Origin: Histomonas meleagridis 2922-C6/04-290x
Lineage: Eukaryota; Protista; Parabasalia
Direction: 5' to 3'
DNA: 64,000 nucleotides
Assembly: GCA_020184695.1 (NCBI GenBank)
Contig: JAANOX010000029.1
Location: 163,628-227,627, forward strand
Shown: in pieces, positions 43,536-53,821 of the stretch
Layout: each line of letters starts with the position of its first letter
Position numbering within the stretch: the first letter of the stretch is position 1
Translations under genes and position numbers: made by a program
The notes under the pieces: generated by a model
Database searches by the model: none
Told to the model about the DNA's origin: nothing
What the model saw: the letters and a program-made list of their open reading frames with translations, nothing else

Positions 43536-45803
43536 ATGATAAACAACACGAAAAGCAAATCACTCCAATTTGGCTTTTCAAATGCATATCCATATGCAAA
43601 AAGCTTACCCTCACTCAAACCATTACTCAACCATTTCGTTTGCAAAAATTTTTTTAAAAAACATTTCAAATTTTATGGATTGTTTTTTATTTTAATATCT
43701 TCTATTGTAGCAAATGTAATTAATCTTCAAGTTAAATATGAAGATAATCATGTTTTACTCAATTGGACAGGATCTCATATAGATCACAATTTAACATATA
43801 AAGTTTATTCACAAAGAAATGAATTATATTGGCATCCAATCAGTTTATTCGATTTTGCTACCACAAAAAACATAAAAGTACTTAATGTATATCCGAAAAC
43901 AGGTACCGAGGTTAATTTTGTATATAAAACTCAACCAACAGAGAATAAAACACTTCATCTTTCAGCCATTCTTAAAGTATGGGTTGAAGGAGGTAGTTAT
44001 ACATATAATGGAGAAAATTTTGATTTTGAAAGTTTAGGAATGAATTTTGAAACAAAAGAAGAAATTATAAGTGTTACTCCAATATCAAGTAGTGATTTTG
44101 AATTAATGAGTTTAGAAAGTATAATAAATTATGATATTATTGTTATTGGTTTTATGGATATGAATGGCGGACCTTATTGCCAATCGTATAGTGAAACAGT
44201 TCAACGTGTTTGGCAATATATTGATCTTAACTATAGTGTTTTATTTGGCCATGATGTTGTTGGTTATTTTTATGGGAACTCTTTTGGTTATGGACAAATT
44301 GCAGATAAATTCGGAATCAAACTTGGTTCAGCAACATGTAATGTTAGTGGCTATTGTTCAACAGGTACAATATCGACAAATTGGAATCATTTTTCTAAAG
44401 AAATTAAAGTAACTAATCGAGGTTTAGTTACAAATTATCCATACTACATTCCATCTGATGTTTCCTTACCAATTAATTTAACGCATACAAGTTCAAATGC
44501 TGCATTTGGTGATGTTTGGGTTGAATTAGGTGAATTTGAAAATCCAAATTTCGGAAATTTTACAGAAATAGAAAACTATGAATGGACACTTGATGGATAT
44601 TCCGGAACACGATATGGTAATCCGCATTATTACTTGACAACATATAAAAACACCGCAATGATTCAAACAGGACATTTATTAGGTAGTGCGACATTATATG
44701 AAAGACAACTTCTTGTAAACACTATTTATTATTTATATCAAAGAACATCACTTCAATATGGATATGATAATTCAGTCGAAACGCCAAAATTAAATCCACC
44801 AAATATAACCCGAATTGAAGGAGAAAGATCAATTGAAATTAACACAAGTAATAATTATGAAACCGCAACAATTTACTATAAAGTCGTAGCTTACACAACA
44901 AATGAAATTAAATATGAATCATCACCAACACAATTTAATCTTACAACATTTGTCAAAAAATATTATTACATTATTGATGAAAATGAAAACACGAATATTA
45001 CAAAAGAAAACTTAAATGAAGATCAAATAACAAATGGAACAATAACAAATATTAAAGATGGAGATCTTCATGTTCATGTTGCATCAATTGATAACTATGG
45101 AATATTAAGTGGTACATCACATATCTTTATCACAAAAGAACTATCAACATTAACATTCACTAAATCAAATACATATTCACAAACGAATACTATTACTAAA
45201 TCAAATACACCCACTGAATCGAATATTAATAAAGAATCATACACTTATTCAAAAACATTTTCAGGCTCAAACATAATTTCCAGCACATATACTTCAACAT
45301 TTCCAATTGATGCCAGTGTTTCACATTCATTTATCCTTCTGCAACAAAAAACATACACCAAATCAATTACAATTAAAACAATGTATTATTCATATTCATA
45401 TACGAAATCTTTAACTAATTCATATTCGCATATTTTTATTTATACAGAGTTTATTTATTATGAATATGACTATGTTATATATTCCTATTTAAGAACATAT
45501 TATTCCGATTTCTTCACTTTGGTTTATTACGAATTTAATCAAGCAAATGATACAATAAGTACTAATGTTTTGATAGGTATAGTATGTTGTTCATTTGCAA
45601 TTGTTTTGATTATTATCGGAATAATTATATATCTATATAAAAAAAATAAAAATAAACAAAACACCAAAAGTTCTTCAAACTTCGGAAATAATATTGCGGC
45701 TGACAAGAAATTTGATGAACAAATGCAAGACCTTGAAAACGATGAGAAAGGCCTAAGCGAAAGTATTGCCAAATTCTTTGGTGAAGGTGATAAATGGATC
45801 TAA
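43536..45803 (+). CDS. single-pass surface protein with bacterial-like extracellular domain, S/T/Y-rich stalk and C-terminal TM
   Basis: KVLNVYP, YDIIVIGFMD, VLFGHD, YPYYIP, HYYLTTYKNTAMIQTGH; stalk TxTxSxT; TM VLIGIVCCSFAIVLIIIGIIIYLY then KKNKNK. Confidence 0.75.
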   Translation: MINNTKSKSLQFGFSNAYPYAKSLPSLKPLLNHFVCKNFFKKHFKFYGLFFILISSIVANVINLQVKYEDNHVLLNWTGSHIDHNLTYKVYSQRNELYWHPISLFDFATTKNIKVLNVYPKTGTEVNFVYKTQPTENKTLHLSAILKVWVEGGSYTYNGENFDFESLGMNFETKEEIISVTPISSSDFELMSLESIINYDIIVIGFMDMNGGPYCQSYSETVQRVWQYIDLNYSVLFGHDVVGYFYGNSFGYGQIADKFGIKLGSATCNVSGYCSTGTISTNWNHFSKEIKVTNRGLVTNYPYYIPSDVSLPINLTHTSSNAAFGDVWVELGEFENPNFGNFTEIENYEWTLDGYSGTRYGNPHYYLTTYKNTAMIQTGHLLGSATLYERQLLVNTIYYLYQRTSLQYGYDNSVETPKLNPPNITRIEGERSIEINTSNNYETATIYYKVVAYTTNEIKYESSPTQFNLTTFVKKYYYIIDENENTNITKENLNEDQITNGTITNIKDGDLHVHVASIDNYGILSGTSHIFITKELSTLTFTKSNTYSQTNTITKSNTPTESNINKESYTYSKTFSGSNIISSTYTSTFPIDASVSHSFILLQQKTYTKSITIKTMYYSYSYTKSLTNSYSHIFIYTEFIYYEYDYVIYSYLRTYYSDFFTLVYYEFNQANDTISTNVLIGIVCCSFAIVLIIIGIIIYLYKKNKNKQNTKSSSNFGNNIAADKKFDEQMQDLENDEKGLSESIAKFFGEGDKWI

Positions 45804-46070
45804 TACATAATATATATACATTAATAAAGTTGTTTTGCTGTTGATATCATCGATCAAGCACTTTTTTGTTGATTTTGAAACATTTATATAAAAGTGACAG
45901 ATCTGACTGAGAGGCCGTTAAATTATCATGCAAACAGTTTTACAAATTTAATGGTGAATCAATTGGCAACAACTTTGTACAATATCAAAATAATATTAAA
46001 GAAATATTTAAAAGTTAATGAAAAGCAGAAGGTTCAGTTAGATAAAAAAAAAGAGAAATTTATGAATGAT

Positions 46071-46556
46071 TTATTGCAATGTTCTCCGACGCATTTGGTG
46101 GCCATTTCGTATTAAAAATAACTTTGCTCTTCTTGAAACGTCTGCATCAAGTTTCCTGGTTTCTATCATTGATTCAATATCATCAAAAGAATAAATCGAT
46201 GCCATCTTCTTTACCAATTTTTCGGATTTGTGGTCGATTGCTACTCTCATTATATAAATTAATGAAGCACAAACCAATAAAGGTAAGAAAAATTGCTTCC
46301 ATACCAAGAACATTGGGAACAAGAACAATGATAACAAGAACGCCATTCTAAGCATGAAGTTCATTTCGTCAGGAACATAAAACAAAGCACCTGATTTTGA
46401 TGCATTTCTATATCGAATATTTTGATTTCTTTTTTTATTAGGAACAATTGGTCTATATCCTCTTTGTTGCATGGATGATTGTGGATTACTCATATATGAG
46501 AATGAAGATTTTTTTGCATCAACAAATTCATAAAATCTTTTTGAATGCAAATTCAA
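46071..46556 (-). CDS. hypothetical small membrane protein
   Basis: 161-aa ORF with two-TM hydrophobic hairpin. Confidence 0.6.
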   Translation of the reverse strand: MNLHSKRFYEFVDAKKSSFSYMSNPQSSMQQRGYRPIVPNKKRNQNIRYRNASKSGALFYVPDEMNFMLRMAFLLSLFLFPMFLVWKQFFLPLLVCASLIYIMRVAIDHKSEKLVKKMASIYSFDDIESMIETRKLDADVSRRAKLFLIRNGHQMRRRTLQ

Positions 46557-46678
46557 TGTGCATTCAAAAATTCAATAGAAAAAACGTTTTTTTTCATTTG
46601 ATGTTTTCACATCAAAATTAATTAACGATTAATCAACAAAATAAAAGTTTTCTTCACGTCTCAAAATCTGTTTCTTCT

Positions 46679-47863
46679 TTGATAAAAGGAAAGAAAAGCG
46701 GCGCAAGAGCACTTGAAAATTTAAGTAATACAAAAAAATTACCGATAAATGAGAAATTTGAAACATTTGTTGAAACTCATTTTTTACTTGAACAAATTGA
46801 AGATGAACAAAAGATTGGAATGAACAATGTATCATTTATTAAGACTAATGATAAAGCTCAAGAAATCGAAAACAAATATTATTTTTCAACTGTATCATTA
46901 CTTTCAACCAAACGAATAGAAGAAAACATTTTTCATATCATCCAAAAGAACATCATAAAGTTCATGTCAGGCTCTAATTTTTTACTTGTTTCTATTAATT
47001 GTCATGTAATTAATTTTTCTCATATAATTTCATTCATATTGACCACAAACAATGAATTACAATCAACGCAACAAAAGAATTATTACATTGGAAGCGAAAA
47101 ACTTGATGAAACATTTCACCCTCTGAATAACATAACAATAATTTCAACATTTAATTCATATTTTGGTATTATCGAGTTAACAGACGACAATGAAATCATT
47201 GAACTTTCGAAGATAATATATCAAATCAAAAACAAATCGAAAAATATCATAACAAATAACAATAACTTTGACGAAATATTAAAATTCATAACAAATAATT
47301 GTTCGATAATTATATTTCTTCAATCATCAGATGAAAATTATTGCAAATTGTTTTGTAACAAATCGAAAACTTCGTTTGTCCAAGAAATTAATGATAAAAA
47401 CAAAAGCGAATTCGAAGTTGAACCATTTTATGAAAATTGTTATAATGAAGAAAAATGTAAAAAAATTTTGAAGTTGATGAAAAAGTGCCAAAACGATAAA
47501 ATCCAAAAACTGAAAAAAAATTCTCAAATTAAAGAATTAAAACTAAAAATAAATGAATTGAAAAATATTAACAAAAATATTAAAATGGAAATAGAAGAAA
47601 TGAAACAAAAAATAGATAATATCGAATACGAAAATAGAAAAATAGAAGAAGAAAATAAATGTTTAAGAAATAGAAATTGCGAATTGTATAAAAACTTCGA
47701 TAAAATATTAAATGATACTGAAGAACTCAAAATTAGAGAAATAGATGAAATAAATCAAATGAATAAAAAGTTCGAAAGGTTCATCGCAGAAAACGGGAAA
47801 AAGTTAAGTAAATGCATAAAGAAGAAAGAAAATGTGAACTTGAGCAACTTAAAGTTTATGTAA
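46679..47863 (+). CDS. hypothetical N/I/K-rich protein with C-terminal coiled coil (possibly very degenerate kinesin-like)
   Basis: 394-aa ORF; coiled-coil tail; no intact P-loop seen. Confidence 0.5.
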   Translation: MIKGKKSGARALENLSNTKKLPINEKFETFVETHFLLEQIEDEQKIGMNNVSFIKTNDKAQEIENKYYFSTVSLLSTKRIEENIFHIIQKNIIKFMSGSNFLLVSINCHVINFSHIISFILTTNNELQSTQQKNYYIGSEKLDETFHPLNNITIISTFNSYFGIIELTDDNEIIELSKIIYQIKNKSKNIITNNNNFDEILKFITNNCSIIIFLQSSDENYCKLFCNKSKTSFVQEINDKNKSEFEVEPFYENCYNEEKCKKILKLMKKCQNDKIQKLKKNSQIKELKLKINELKNINKNIKMEIEEMKQKIDNIEYENRKIEEENKCLRNRNCELYKNFDKILNDTEELKIREIDEINQMNKKFERFIAENGKKLSKCIKKKENVNLSNLKFM

Positions 47864-47906
47864 ATAATTAGTAAACATTAAAACATTTTGTGAATTGCGT
47901 TTAATG

Positions 47907-48478
47907 ATTTGTAAATATTTAATGTAAATAATAAATAATTTGTAAATATTTAATGTAAATAATAAATAATTTGTAAATATTTAATGTAAATAATAAATAA
48001 TTTGTAAATATTTAATGTAAATAATAAATAATTTGTAAATATTTAATGTAAATAATAAATAATTTGTAAATATTTAATGTAAATAATAAATAATTTGTAA
48101 ATATTTAATGTAAATAATAAATAATTTGTAAATATTTAATGTAAATAATAAATAATTTGTAAATATTTAATGTAAATAATAAATAATTTGTAAATGTTTA
48201 ATGTAAATAATAAATAATTTGTAAATATTTAATGTAAATAATAAATAATTTGTAAATGTTTAATGTAAATAATAAATAATTTGTAAATATTTAATGTAAA
48301 TAATAAATAATTTGTAAATGTTTAATGTAAATAATAAATAATTTGTAAATGTTTAATGTAAATAATAAATAATTTGTAAATGTTTAATGTAAATAATAAA
48401 TAATTTGTAAATGTTTAATGTAAATAATAAATAATTTGTAAATATTTAATGTAAATAATAAATAATTTGTAAATGTTT
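47907..48478. repeat. 31-bp AT-rich minisatellite, ~18.5 copies
   Basis: Unit AATTTGTAAAT(A/G)TTTAATGTAAATAATAAAT; exact 31-nt period checked from 47911 to 48469. Confidence 0.95.
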
Positions 48479-48688
48479 TATGTTATGAGTGTAAAGAATA
48501 AATAATTTATGAATGAAATCCCATCGGTGAATCATAAAATTTTATTTGTTGATCTGATTCATATATATAGTATAATTCTCAATTTTTTTTTGATAATATG
48601 ATGAGACACAAGGTTATTAATTAATGAAAATATCAAAAAAGTAAACCTTAAAATGATATTTAATACAGTTATAAATATTTTTCCTTGC

Positions 48689-49471
48689 TTAAAGGAGAAC
48701 ACAACAAAATATCAACAAACCCTCGATCAATGAAAGAGGAAAGGCCACAACACCGACAATGGTTACTATTTCCCAAGTATAGTCCTTATCATAATTGATA
48801 ATGTTTGCCAAAAACACTTCTGGAATTTCAATGTAATTATTTGGAATAAATGTCGAATTGTAAAATTCCAAAATATTTTGTGTTTGTGAGAGTGTAGCAC
48901 CACCAATGTATGAAATTGTATATTTGCTGTCGAATTTCATTGGATATTCACTTGTACTACATAACTGATCAATGTCATTGTATTGGGTAATAAGTGATGA
49001 AGATGGACACCAAGCCCTAAAATATTCACCAGCCCTAAGAGGGGATGAATCGATTTTAAGATCTTCAAAATTTTGATATTCAATAATTGTTAGATTTTCA
49101 CGATTTGTATTGAAGCTGACATTAAAGTTATTCACATTTTCACCATCAATAGTAATTTTGATATCATAGCTAAACATGTTGTGTATGATATAAAACGAAA
49201 AAAAACTACTTCCAGACACACCTGGATAATTAATTGAAAACTTATTATCACAAAAAATAGATTGATTGGTTAGATTTGAAACTATATATATATCTCGCGG
49301 ATTGTCAGTAGATGGTGTTAACGGAAGTGAAACCATGGATAATAATTTTGGATCAAAGTTCAATCTCCCCCAAAACACACCTCCACATATGACCATAATA
49401 ATTGAGCCGATACCTGTTATAATTGACTGAATAAAAAAGCCGAAACAAATGTCTTCAGGATAATAACACAT
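48689..49471 (-). CDS. two-TM membrane protein (paralog of 28893-29717)
   Basis: MVSLPLTPSTDNPRDIYIVSNLT, WCPSSSLIT, EYPMK shared with paralog. Confidence 0.75.
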   Translation of the reverse strand: MCYYPEDICFGFFIQSIITGIGSIIMVICGGVFWGRLNFDPKLLSMVSLPLTPSTDNPRDIYIVSNLTNQSIFCDNKFSINYPGVSGSSFFSFYIIHNMFSYDIKITIDGENVNNFNVSFNTNRENLTIIEYQNFEDLKIDSSPLRAGEYFRAWCPSSSLITQYNDIDQLCSTSEYPMKFDSKYTISYIGGATLSQTQNILEFYNSTFIPNNYIEIPEVFLANIINYDKDYTWEIVTIVGVVAFPLSLIEGLLIFCCVLL

Positions 49472-49554
49472 TGTTATTAAAAGCTTATGCCAAGGAATTC
49501 AACAGAGAACTTCCAACCAATTATTCTCACAAAAAATAGCGAAGTAAAGTTAAG

Positions 49555-49730
49555 AATTTTATTTAACGTTCATTCTTGTTATTTTCTTTTTTATTGACTC
49601 CGGAGCGATCAGGAAAATATTTCATAAATTCATTGAGATCACCGCCAAAGCTGCTGCTTAAATCTTTGAATTTTTTTCTTCTTTCTTTGTCCAAGCACAA
49701 TATTTTCTTCCAGATTGACCCATTTCTTCA
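49555..49730 (-). pseudogene. Myb-like domain remnant
   Basis: MGQSGRKYCAWTKKEEK-(frameshift in A-run)-FKDLSSSFGGDLNEFMKYFPDRSG resembles WTxEE...FG....I...FP.RS. Confidence 0.4.
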
Positions 49731-50192
49731 TTAAGGCTTCAAAAAGTGGATCCTTCTCAATGAAGTAAATAAACCTTACAATTGTAATAAATTATTTGAA
49801 TTTTCTTCATAAAAAGTGCCATCATGCTCAAGAATTTTTTCAACATCAGTTATCCTGAGTCTGATCTTTTTATAGAAAGAATTAGAAGATTCGAAACAAT
49901 TAAGTTTTTACAATATTGAGTCCAATTCCAATCTTTATGTGATAAGTTCTTAAGGAAGACTTATGCATGACTTTTTGAGACTTGAAGATTATGATTATTA
50001 TGAAGATTCTCCTTTAAAATTATTTCGCTATGCCATTGAGAGAGATTGAAGCTTCAATGGTTTTCTATTGACCAAGAATCTATAGTTTTATAAGACATGT
50101 CACTCAGAAAATGTTTTTTCACGATTCTTTTACTGAATAAAATTCTTTTCTCTTGTTTATAATAACGTTCAACTATTAAACGGTGTTCATCA

Positions 50193-52289
50193 ATGAATGA
50201 AATGACGAAGCTTCATGAAGGGAACACTCTTTCCCACAAACCAGTTATCGATTCAGAGCGTTCTAGACTTCACCATCAGTTAATGACTGTACACAATGAT
50301 CAGTTGTATTATCTTGGACCAAACGGACTTTATTCATTGACATATAACTCAAAAGAATGGAAAAAGGAAGCTGATCCACAATTTTCAATAGAAAGTGGTC
50401 ATTCTATGACTTCTACACCACATGGAATTGTCGTTTTTGGAGGCAATGTTAGTGGAAAAACAATATCTGATGCATGGATTTTTGCAGTTGATAGGTGGCG
50501 TGCTTTTACACATGATTTGGCTCCACGTGCTTATCACAGTTGCACTTGGATACCAACAATGTCATCAGTTTTATTATCTGGAGGATCTTTTGATCATAAT
50601 GTTTATCAAGATTTTGTTCTTCTAGATCTAAAATCAGGAAAATCCAAAACAATTCCTTTATCAACACCTTTACCATTCTCTCATCATACAGTCACATATG
50701 TATCAGGTACCCAAGTTTGTTTATATGGAGGAATTCATGCTAACAAAGCAGAAAATCGAAACATGTATTTGATTGATCTTTCAACGGGCGAAGTCACAAT
50801 AATTGATTCTCCATATTTATATCCAGCACGTAGGTCACATCATGCCTCATTATTCTTTGGTAACTTGTTTATCACTGGAGGTCTTTCACAATCGGTCGTA
50901 TCAAGTGATGCTCTCATATATATTTTTGAGCATAATGTATGGCTTAATCTTGAATTTTCCACATCAATCGAATCGTCACTCTTTGTGTTTCCAATGAAGC
51001 GTGGTATCTTTTTCATAGATGAAACGGGCCAAAATTCCACTGTTCTTTACTACAAATCAAACGAGGAACCGTTTACGGGGGTTGACGATCCGAAGTACAT
51101 TGAATTTTTGTCAAGTTTACTCGACATCAATTCCAAGAAGCAAAAAACGTCACCTTTAATTATGGCAGCTCAAAAGGCCCGACGTTTTCTCTCACAAGAA
51201 AAGCTCAACATGTATTTAGAGATTGAAAAGTTCTATCATAAAGACATATTAGAAGATACAGCAATTGCGATCACATCACATACCAAAGAAAAAGATATTC
51301 TTAAAAGGTTAATCAGCACCTTAAAAAGCATCCAACAAACGCAAGGATCGAATTCTGTTCACTCTGAAATTGATATTTATGATTTAAATGAATATAAAAA
51401 ACGATGTTCTGAGTTATGTACATCGATAATTACATTGAAAACAGAATCCAAGAAATCGATAATGAGATCGAAAGAAGAGCTCGAAACTCTTTATACTGAA
51501 ATTGAAACATTATCGGAGAACATTAACATACCAAAAATTACATATTCGAATGACATATTATTTAAAGCATCATTAAATGACTTATCGCAAATTGATGAAG
51601 AAATCACTAAAGCTAAAAGCGAATTAGAGAAATCGCAACAATTAATTAATGAAATCCATTATAAAAGTGATAATACATTACATGACGCAATTACTATTTA
51701 TGAACGAATTGATACATTCGAACTTGAGCGTTATAAATGTTCTCAACGAACTCAAACATTAACTAATGAATATATCAAATTATTAAAGCAAATAATAGAT
51801 TTACAATCAGAACGACTTCATATCTATGATAAACATAACATTGATAAAGTTAAAAAAGAACAAAAAATCGTTTTGTTAATCGATAAAATTGAACAACTGA
51901 TAAACAATGAAAGAGATTATACAAATGGAATAACAAACATCATTGCAAACATTAAAAATAGAATCATGAAATTAACAGACGCAATACCACACGCAAATAA
52001 AGAAAATATTTCGGCACAAATCGAAAGTTTGTGTAACGCGTTCTCTAATTTAACAAGAATTCATAACGTAATGGCTGTGAAGGTCGACGAAAAAGATGTA
52101 ACTTTGCGATTACCAATGTTCGATGAGGTAAATGGCGCATTGAATAAATGGACGCAATCGGTGCAGTTAAATGCGCGAGTCGATAATTTGGAAAATGATA
52201 ATAAAAGAAGCGGCGGATCGTGGGGATCATTGTATACGCAAACACAGAATTTGTTGGATTTAATAGAAGGAAAAGCGAAAGAAAATTAA
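50193..52289 (+). CDS. Kelch-repeat protein with C-terminal coiled coil
   Basis: GHSMT...VVFGG, PRAYHSC...LLSGG, SHHTV...CLYGG, ARRSHHA...FITGG. Confidence 0.85.
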   Translation: MNEMTKLHEGNTLSHKPVIDSERSRLHHQLMTVHNDQLYYLGPNGLYSLTYNSKEWKKEADPQFSIESGHSMTSTPHGIVVFGGNVSGKTISDAWIFAVDRWRAFTHDLAPRAYHSCTWIPTMSSVLLSGGSFDHNVYQDFVLLDLKSGKSKTIPLSTPLPFSHHTVTYVSGTQVCLYGGIHANKAENRNMYLIDLSTGEVTIIDSPYLYPARRSHHASLFFGNLFITGGLSQSVVSSDALIYIFEHNVWLNLEFSTSIESSLFVFPMKRGIFFIDETGQNSTVLYYKSNEEPFTGVDDPKYIEFLSSLLDINSKKQKTSPLIMAAQKARRFLSQEKLNMYLEIEKFYHKDILEDTAIAITSHTKEKDILKRLISTLKSIQQTQGSNSVHSEIDIYDLNEYKKRCSELCTSIITLKTESKKSIMRSKEELETLYTEIETLSENINIPKITYSNDILFKASLNDLSQIDEEITKAKSELEKSQQLINEIHYKSDNTLHDAITIYERIDTFELERYKCSQRTQTLTNEYIKLLKQIIDLQSERLHIYDKHNIDKVKKEQKIVLLIDKIEQLINNERDYTNGITNIIANIKNRIMKLTDAIPHANKENISAQIESLCNAFSNLTRIHNVMAVKVDEKDVTLRLPMFDEVNGALNKWTQSVQLNARVDNLENDNKRSGGSWGSLYTQTQNLLDLIEGKAKEN

Positions 52290-52941
52290 AATGTAATAAA
52301 TAAAAAATAATTTTATTATTTTGTGCTGAATGAAAATTCGTAATAATAAATAGAGGAAGTTCTAATTGATATATCGAAAGTTTAGAAAAAAAAAATTGAA
52401 AATAAATGAAGACAATTAATAAAATTCTTTCAATCTTAGATACACAAGCTGATTTTTTGAATTGAATTCAATTTTTATTCAATTTTGATCAATGCAAAAC
52501 GATTTATCACATTCAATTTTTTATTTTAATTTCACTTGGCGTAAAGCGTCACTTATCGAAAAAATTTGAAAGCATAAACTATACAATAATTCAATGGAAA
52601 CGACCGTTATGCCCTGGTAATACGATTCCTCACAAATATTTTGTATAATGGGACTGAAAATAATAAGGTGTACTCAATAGATTTCCATTAAACTTTAAGA
52701 GTAAATAATACTATGAATAATAATTAATATTTTGTTGCTATGAATTTTTCATCATTTTTTTCACATTATTATCATCAAATTATATGAAAATCATACAATG
52801 AAATATGATATAAAATATTCTATTTATCAAATTTTGATTTATATAATAATAATATTAATCAAATTTAATGCGTTGATAATAATATATGAAGACAAACTGA
52901 ATTTAGGAAATGTTTATTTCAATATTTAAATATTACATCTT

Positions 52942-53500
52942 TTATCCTTTAGAATCTTTTAATTTTGTTATGTCGTCACATTTATGATGTTGAATTTTGT
53001 CTGCAAATAATCGAATAATTTCTGCATTTTTCTTTTTTGATGCTATCATAAGCGCTGTTTTATATGTTTATAAGTAATTCCAAATGTTTATATGAAATTT
53101 CATATTTTTTCAAAATATTTTAAATAAAACAAAAAAATATCTTTAGCATTGATATCAATTCCTTCTTGTTCAAAAAGTAATTTAACTATTTCTATATAAC
53201 CTTTTTGTGATGCAATCATAAGTGCTGTCTCAACTAATCAAAATAATTTCCAAATATTATTTTGAAATATAAAATTATTAAAATAAATTTCATTTTTAGC
53301 ATTAATATCAATTCCTTCTTGTTCAAAAAGTAATTCAACTATTTCTATATGACCATTTGAAGATGCATTCATAAGTGCTGTCTCAACTAATCAAAATAAT
53401 TTCCAAATATTATTTTGAAATATAAAATTATTAAAATAAATTCTAAATAAAACAAATAAATATTTTTAGCATTAATATCAATTCCTTCTTGTTCAGGATG
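52942..53500 (-). pseudogene. 5'-truncated ankyrin-module array with 80/63/80-nt spacers (same family as 26528-27867)
   Basis: EQEGIDINAKN [53461-53382, 80 nt] TALMNASSNGHIEIVELLFEQEGIDINAKN [53291-53229, 63 nt] TALMIASQKGYIEIVKLLFEQEGIDINAKD [53138-53059, 80 nt] TALMIASKKKNAEII...KDSKG*. Confidence 0.85.
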
Positions 53501-53821
53501 ACTGATAATTTTTCAATTGATTTTAAATTATCATGCAAAGGGGAAAAAAGTACCGTTGAAAAAATTCAATAATAAAAAAACTGTCATTCCATTTAAAAAA
53601 GTTATCGTTAGAAAGTTTTGTATTGTTTGTACCAATATATGGCTGAATGTGCATTCACTTATTGAAAATAACTCATATACGACAATTACATGAATATGCC
53701 ATCAATAATATATTCGAATTTTTTTGAGTTTATCAATATTTTCGATTGATTTGAAGAAAATTTAATATCAAGATTTTATATAATCAAATAAAACAAGTAA
53801 TATTTCATTATTTCTCAAATA

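Noticed and set aside
46679-47400. Kinesin motor domain
   Set aside because: Only a vague resemblance; no GxxxxGKT, SSRSH or DLAGSE motifs.
47907-48478. CRISPR array
   Set aside because: Units are contiguous with no unique spacers, no cas genes are present, and the context is eukaryotic.
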